Assembly: GCA_964362195.1 (NCBI GenBank)
Contig: CAYICZ010000002.1
Coordinates: 63 to 64,062, forward strand
DNA from: an uncultured Gammaproteobacteria bacterium
GTDB lineage: Bacteria; Patescibacteriota; Microgenomatia; Daviesbacterales; UBA10151
DNA length: 64,000 nt
Direction of reading: 5' to 3'
Below, piece by piece: positions 60,520 through 64,000 of this stretch (position 1 is the stretch's first letter; each line of letters opens with the position of its first letter). Below the pieces are notes generated by a model. That model had not been told where the DNA came from. It saw nothing but the letters and a program-made list of their open reading frames with translations, and ran no database searches. A program made the position numbers and the translations under genes.

Positions 60520-60852
60520 TTGGAAAGAAGTGAGCCGAAAGAAGATGTTCTTTTAACCAGAAGATTGGTTGATTATTTTTATGAAAATTTGGGTAAATTT
60601 ATGGGTGCTTCTACCATTTTAGGTATTGGAGTAATGGGTTACGGTGCCTGGAATGTTGCAAGGGGTTTGGGTAACAGCTCATTTCCCGGACTTGTTTCAG
60701 ATGTAGCAGTAGTTGGTTCATCATTAATAGCAGGTGCATGGTTGGGTTTTATGGGAGGTTTAGCTGGAGGTGTTGGTATTGCGCTTTTATCAGATAAAGT
60801 TGGGAGTTTAGAAGGAAATATCAGAAAAAGGTTCGCAAGAAATATTATTTAG
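60520..60852 (+). CDS. Gly-rich membrane protein, possibly frameshifted from an ATG at 60449
   Basis: Two hydrophobic Gly-rich helices; the promoter fits an ATG at 60449 in another frame. Confidence 0.5.
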   Translation: MERSEPKEDVLLTRRLVDYFYENLGKFMGASTILGIGVMGYGAWNVARGLGNSSFPGLVSDVAVVGSSLIAGAWLGFMGGLAGGVGIALLSDKVGSLEGNIRKRFARNII

Positions 60853-61939
60853 AAGTTAATCTTTCAATTTCTTCCAAAGCCTCTTTTCTTTTTGGATCTT
60901 CAAAATAAATTCTGGCTGGCTCCAGTTTTCTAATTAACCATTCGGCCACAGCTGCTTTTAAATCTTGTGGATGTAAAGTTTTATCCGCATAATCCTTTTC
61001 CAGCTCTTCATAAGAGTTATATGTTTTATCCCCTCCCCATTTCTCATCTCTTTTGATTTGCAAGGCTGGTCCTTGCGAGGCTAAAATTAAGTGTTTAACC
61101 CAATCAAGGATTGGGTTGTACTCTACTTCCCCCTCCGGGGCAAAAGCATTATTGACTTTTCTCTTTATTTCTTCAGGCGAATCTGTAATAAAAACAGCAG
61201 AATCCGGTTTGGATTTACTCATTTTCATAGCAGTGACAGCCTCATCACGGTTATCTTTTGGTAGCGGCCAAACATCAGGTTTTAGTAATCCTTGGATCAG
61301 GTGGTGATGAATAGCCACAGGTTTTGAGAATCCTAACTTTTTAGCCGCATCTCTTGCCACAATATGGACATTTCTCTGGTCTGTTCCGGCATGGGCAATA
61401 TTAAGTTCCATTTGAAAAATATCCGCTGCCTGCATGGCCGGATAAAAAAGAGTGGCTGTTTCAGAGGAATCGCCGGACATTCTCCCCATAATATCAGTTG
61501 ACCGCATCATTCTTGAGATTGTAGTAGCTTTTGCTATCCCTACTACTTTTGGCCAGTAAGTCTTATCATAAAGTTCTGATCCTAAAACAAATTTTAAATC
61601 GTCAGGATTTCCTCCAACACAAAGATAACCTGCTTTCATGGCTTCCAGGAAATATTCCCTGGCCATTCTGGTAGCAGTTTCCAGCGTTCCATCCAGCTTT
61701 TTGTTAATCCAGGTATGCCAGTCTGCCAGAAAGATGGTAGTTTCTGCTCCGGCGTCGTGTAAGTCCTTGACCTTTTGCATGGAAGCGATGCCTTGTCCTA
61801 AATGTACTTTTCCTGAAATTTCAAAGCCAATATAGTGCTTAAGCGGAGTTCCGGAATCTATTAAAGCTTTTAATTCTTCTTCAGTTAAGACTTCTTCCAA
61901 ATTTCTGGTGATTAATTTAAATTTCTCATCTGTGCTCAT
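60845..61939 (-). CDS. tyrS: Tyrosyl-tRNA synthetase, archaeal/eukaryotic type
   Basis: YIGFEISGKVHLG, ADWH, YPAMQAADI, GTDQR and KMSKS motifs; no S4 domain; start at MSTDEK. Confidence 0.9.
   Translation of the reverse strand: MSTDEKFKLITRNLEEVLTEEELKALIDSGTPLKHYIGFEISGKVHLGQGIASMQKVKDLHDAGAETTIFLADWHTWINKKLDGTLETATRMAREYFLEAMKAGYLCVGGNPDDLKFVLGSELYDKTYWPKVVGIAKATTISRMMRSTDIMGRMSGDSSETATLFYPAMQAADIFQMELNIAHAGTDQRNVHIVARDAAKKLGFSKPVAIHHHLIQGLLKPDVWPLPKDNRDEAVTAMKMSKSKPDSAVFITDSPEEIKRKVNNAFAPEGEVEYNPILDWVKHLILASQGPALQIKRDEKWGGDKTYNSYEELEKDYADKTLHPQDLKAAVAEWLIRKLEPARIYFEDPKRKEALEEIERLTSK
61060..61083 (-). repeat. Hairpin element in frame inside tyrS
   Basis: Minus strand tagcctc-gcaagg-accag-ccttgc; encodes ASQGPAL. 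Confidence 0.5.
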
Positions 61940-61941
61940 TA

Positions 61942-61957
61942 ATGGTAATATTACCAT
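61942..61957. promoter_or_regulatory. Palindromic bidirectional -10 element
   Basis: Perfect palindrome atggtaatattaccat gives TGG-TAATAT on both strands between divergent ATGs at 61939 and 61963. Confidence 0.6.
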
Positions 61958-61962
61958 ACCAT

Positions 61963-63534
61963 ATGGGTAAGCCATTAACAAAATTAGCAAGTGTTTTAAT
62001 TTCTTCTTTTGACAAGGAGTATTCACAAAATGATGATAAGACAATCTCGGTTAATCCAATTGCCTCAGAGCTGGCTTCCTGGTATGAAAAATTCAGGACT
62101 GCTATGGATTATAGGGAAGATGAAGTAATTTTACGCTCTGCAATTGAAAGAATCTTGAAGAGAAGGTCTTTTTTAGGAGGAGACGGACAGACTATTGCTG
62201 CTCCACTGATCCGAGAGTTGGTTTGGGCAAGGTATTTTCCTGATTCTTCTATCCCTGAGACTATTGTTTCTAAGGTTTCCCATCAAATTGATTTATATCT
62301 CAAGTTAGAATCTGAAGTTAATCAGAAACATAAGATTAATAAGGGGTTGGTTAATGAGTGGATCCTGCAGCTTTTATCCTCGGAAATAGAACATATCCTG
62401 AAGCCAAATGACCCGAAAGATCTGGTAAGTAATTTTATATTCAGAATTTTTAAAGAAAGGATAAATATTGCTGATGATAGTGAAGAAACACGGGATATCC
62501 AGACTTTTATTGCGGTAAGGAGGGCTTTTGCCAATGATGACCTGCCGTTTTTAAGATACCATCTTTTCAAGCAGTATTTCGGGCAAATGACTACTGAGAA
62601 TGTGGATAAAGTTTCCAATAATTTTGTTCAAGGAGTAAAAATAATGGAAGAGCAATTTAACTATCCTGCCAAAGATAAGATTTATTCTTATGTTAAAAAA
62701 CAAACTATTCCTTTTTTAATTCTGGATGATGTTTTTAGAAAATACCGCGGTGATATATCACAATTGGTAACAGATGAAGATAAACTAAATTCTGAAATTT
62801 TAAATGCCTGCTCCATCCGCTATAAATCTATATCAGGTAGAGTGAAAAGAGCCATCATCAGATCAGTAATTTTTATCTTTTTCACCAAAGCCCTGTTTGC
62901 TTTTTTAATTGAAGGGACTTTTGAAAGATTTTTATACGGCCAGGTTGTCTGGTCTTCGATTGTCCTAAATACCTTGACTCCTCCTGCTTTGATGATTATT
63001 GTTGGATCATTAATTAAAACCCCTGGTAGAGAAAATTCATTTAAGATTTTAAAAAAAATTAACACCATTTTATTTGATGAAAATCCAGACCTTGAAAAGT
63101 CTCTGACAGTTAAGAAAAAGCCAGGTAAGACAGATCCAATACTTTGGGGTCTTTTTATAATATTCTGGCTAACAACTTTTGTTCTATCATTTGGAGGAAT
63201 AGTATTTATGTTATCAAAGCTGAATATAAATCCGCTGTCTCAAGCTGTCTTTGTATTCTTTTTGGCAGTTGTTTCTTTTGTTTCCTACAGAATAAACAGG
63301 ACAGCCAATATGTATATCATAAAAGATAAAAAGGATAATTTAGGATCGCTACTTTTTGACTTCTTCTTTATGCCCTTTATCCAAGTTGGACAAAGATTAA
63401 CCATGGCTGTTTCGCAATTAAATATAATTTTGTTTGTGTTTGACTTTATTATTGAAACTCCATTTAAAGGCATTGTTGCCTTCCTGGAACAATGGCTTTT
63501 GTTTCTTCGCACCCAGCGGGAAAAGCTTGACTGA
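61963..63534 (+). CDS. Membrane protein of unknown function
   Basis: Long ORF (YEKFRTAMDYREDEVILRSAIERILKRR) with C-terminal TMs. Confidence 0.8.
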   Translation: MGKPLTKLASVLISSFDKEYSQNDDKTISVNPIASELASWYEKFRTAMDYREDEVILRSAIERILKRRSFLGGDGQTIAAPLIRELVWARYFPDSSIPETIVSKVSHQIDLYLKLESEVNQKHKINKGLVNEWILQLLSSEIEHILKPNDPKDLVSNFIFRIFKERINIADDSEETRDIQTFIAVRRAFANDDLPFLRYHLFKQYFGQMTTENVDKVSNNFVQGVKIMEEQFNYPAKDKIYSYVKKQTIPFLILDDVFRKYRGDISQLVTDEDKLNSEILNACSIRYKSISGRVKRAIIRSVIFIFFTKALFAFLIEGTFERFLYGQVVWSSIVLNTLTPPALMIIVGSLIKTPGRENSFKILKKINTILFDENPDLEKSLTVKKKPGKTDPILWGLFIIFWLTTFVLSFGGIVFMLSKLNINPLSQAVFVFFLAVVSFVSYRINRTANMYIIKDKKDNLGSLLFDFFFMPFIQVGQRLTMAVSQLNIILFVFDFIIETPFKGIVAFLEQWLLFLRTQREKLD

Positions 63535-63582
63535 TTTTAAGAGCTTCTTGTAAAATGATTGATTCCTTGGGACAATGTATAT

Positions 63583-64000
63583 ATGGAAGAAATTGTTTTA
63601 AAGCCGGAAATACTGGGATTTTTCCATCAGCTTCCCATAACTAATACTCTACTAACTTCCTGGCTGGTGATGGCGGTTTTAATTGGCATTAGTTTAGCCA
63701 TAAGGTTTAAGGTTAATATTTTTCCATCTCATCTGCAGTCTATATTTGAGGTGATTATTGATTTTATGTATACTACAGCAGAGCAGCTGGCCGGAGATAA
63801 AAAAGCCAGAGTATTTTTTCCATTTGTAGCTACTTTCTTTTTCTTTATTTTATTTTCTAATTTATTAGGTTTGCTTCCCGGCTTTGCCACTATTACATTT
63901 AAAGGTATGCCTTTTTTAAGAAGTATGAACTCTGATTTAAATATGACTTTAAGTCTGGCCCTTTTTTCTGCATTTCTCACTCATTTTTTTGCTCTAAAAT
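63583..64000 (+). CDS. atpB: F0F1 ATP synthase subunit a (runs off the window; not in the ORF track)
   Basis: PITNTLLTSW, LQSIFE, FILFSNLLGLLPG and SDLNMTL motifs. Confidence 0.9.
   Translation, partial: MEEIVLKPEILGFFHQLPITNTLLTSWLVMAVLIGISLAIRFKVNIFPSHLQSIFEVIIDFMYTTAEQLAGDKKARVFFPFVATFFFFILFSNLLGLLPGFATITFKGMPFLRSMNSDLNMTLSLALFSAFLTHFFALK

Overview
Low-GC chromosomal segment that looks like a Patescibacteria/CPR (Microgenomates-like) bacterium; this is inferred from gene content and style, not from a database match. Housekeeping genes include pepN, efp, galU, lgt, yebC-ruvC, gyrA, gyrB (with an HNH intein), def, ddl-alr-murD-murI-murC, trmD-khpA-rpsP, rnc-acp-nusB-rpmF-recG, an archaeal-type tyrS and the start of atpB. 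There is a complete 14 kb type IV pilus locus with ten pilin-like genes. Main highlights: (1) a REP-associated HUH tyrosine transposase (RAYT) flanked by a 31-nt hairpin repeat, further copies of which sit in frame inside def and a holB-like gene, while other hairpin and heptamer repeats sit inside pepN, murC, tyrS, rluA and recG; (2) an accessory cluster between two Xer-like recombinases encoding three paralogous Cys/Pro/Thr-rich surface proteins (two with prepilin-like leaders, one with a dockerin) and two differently anchored cohesin proteins, a candidate cohesin-dockerin surface assembly; (3) a 2 kb recombinase plus nuclease-like module bounded by direct repeats near a dif-like site; (4) widespread leaderless or bidirectional promoter geometry. 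All domain calls come from motif recognition by eye.
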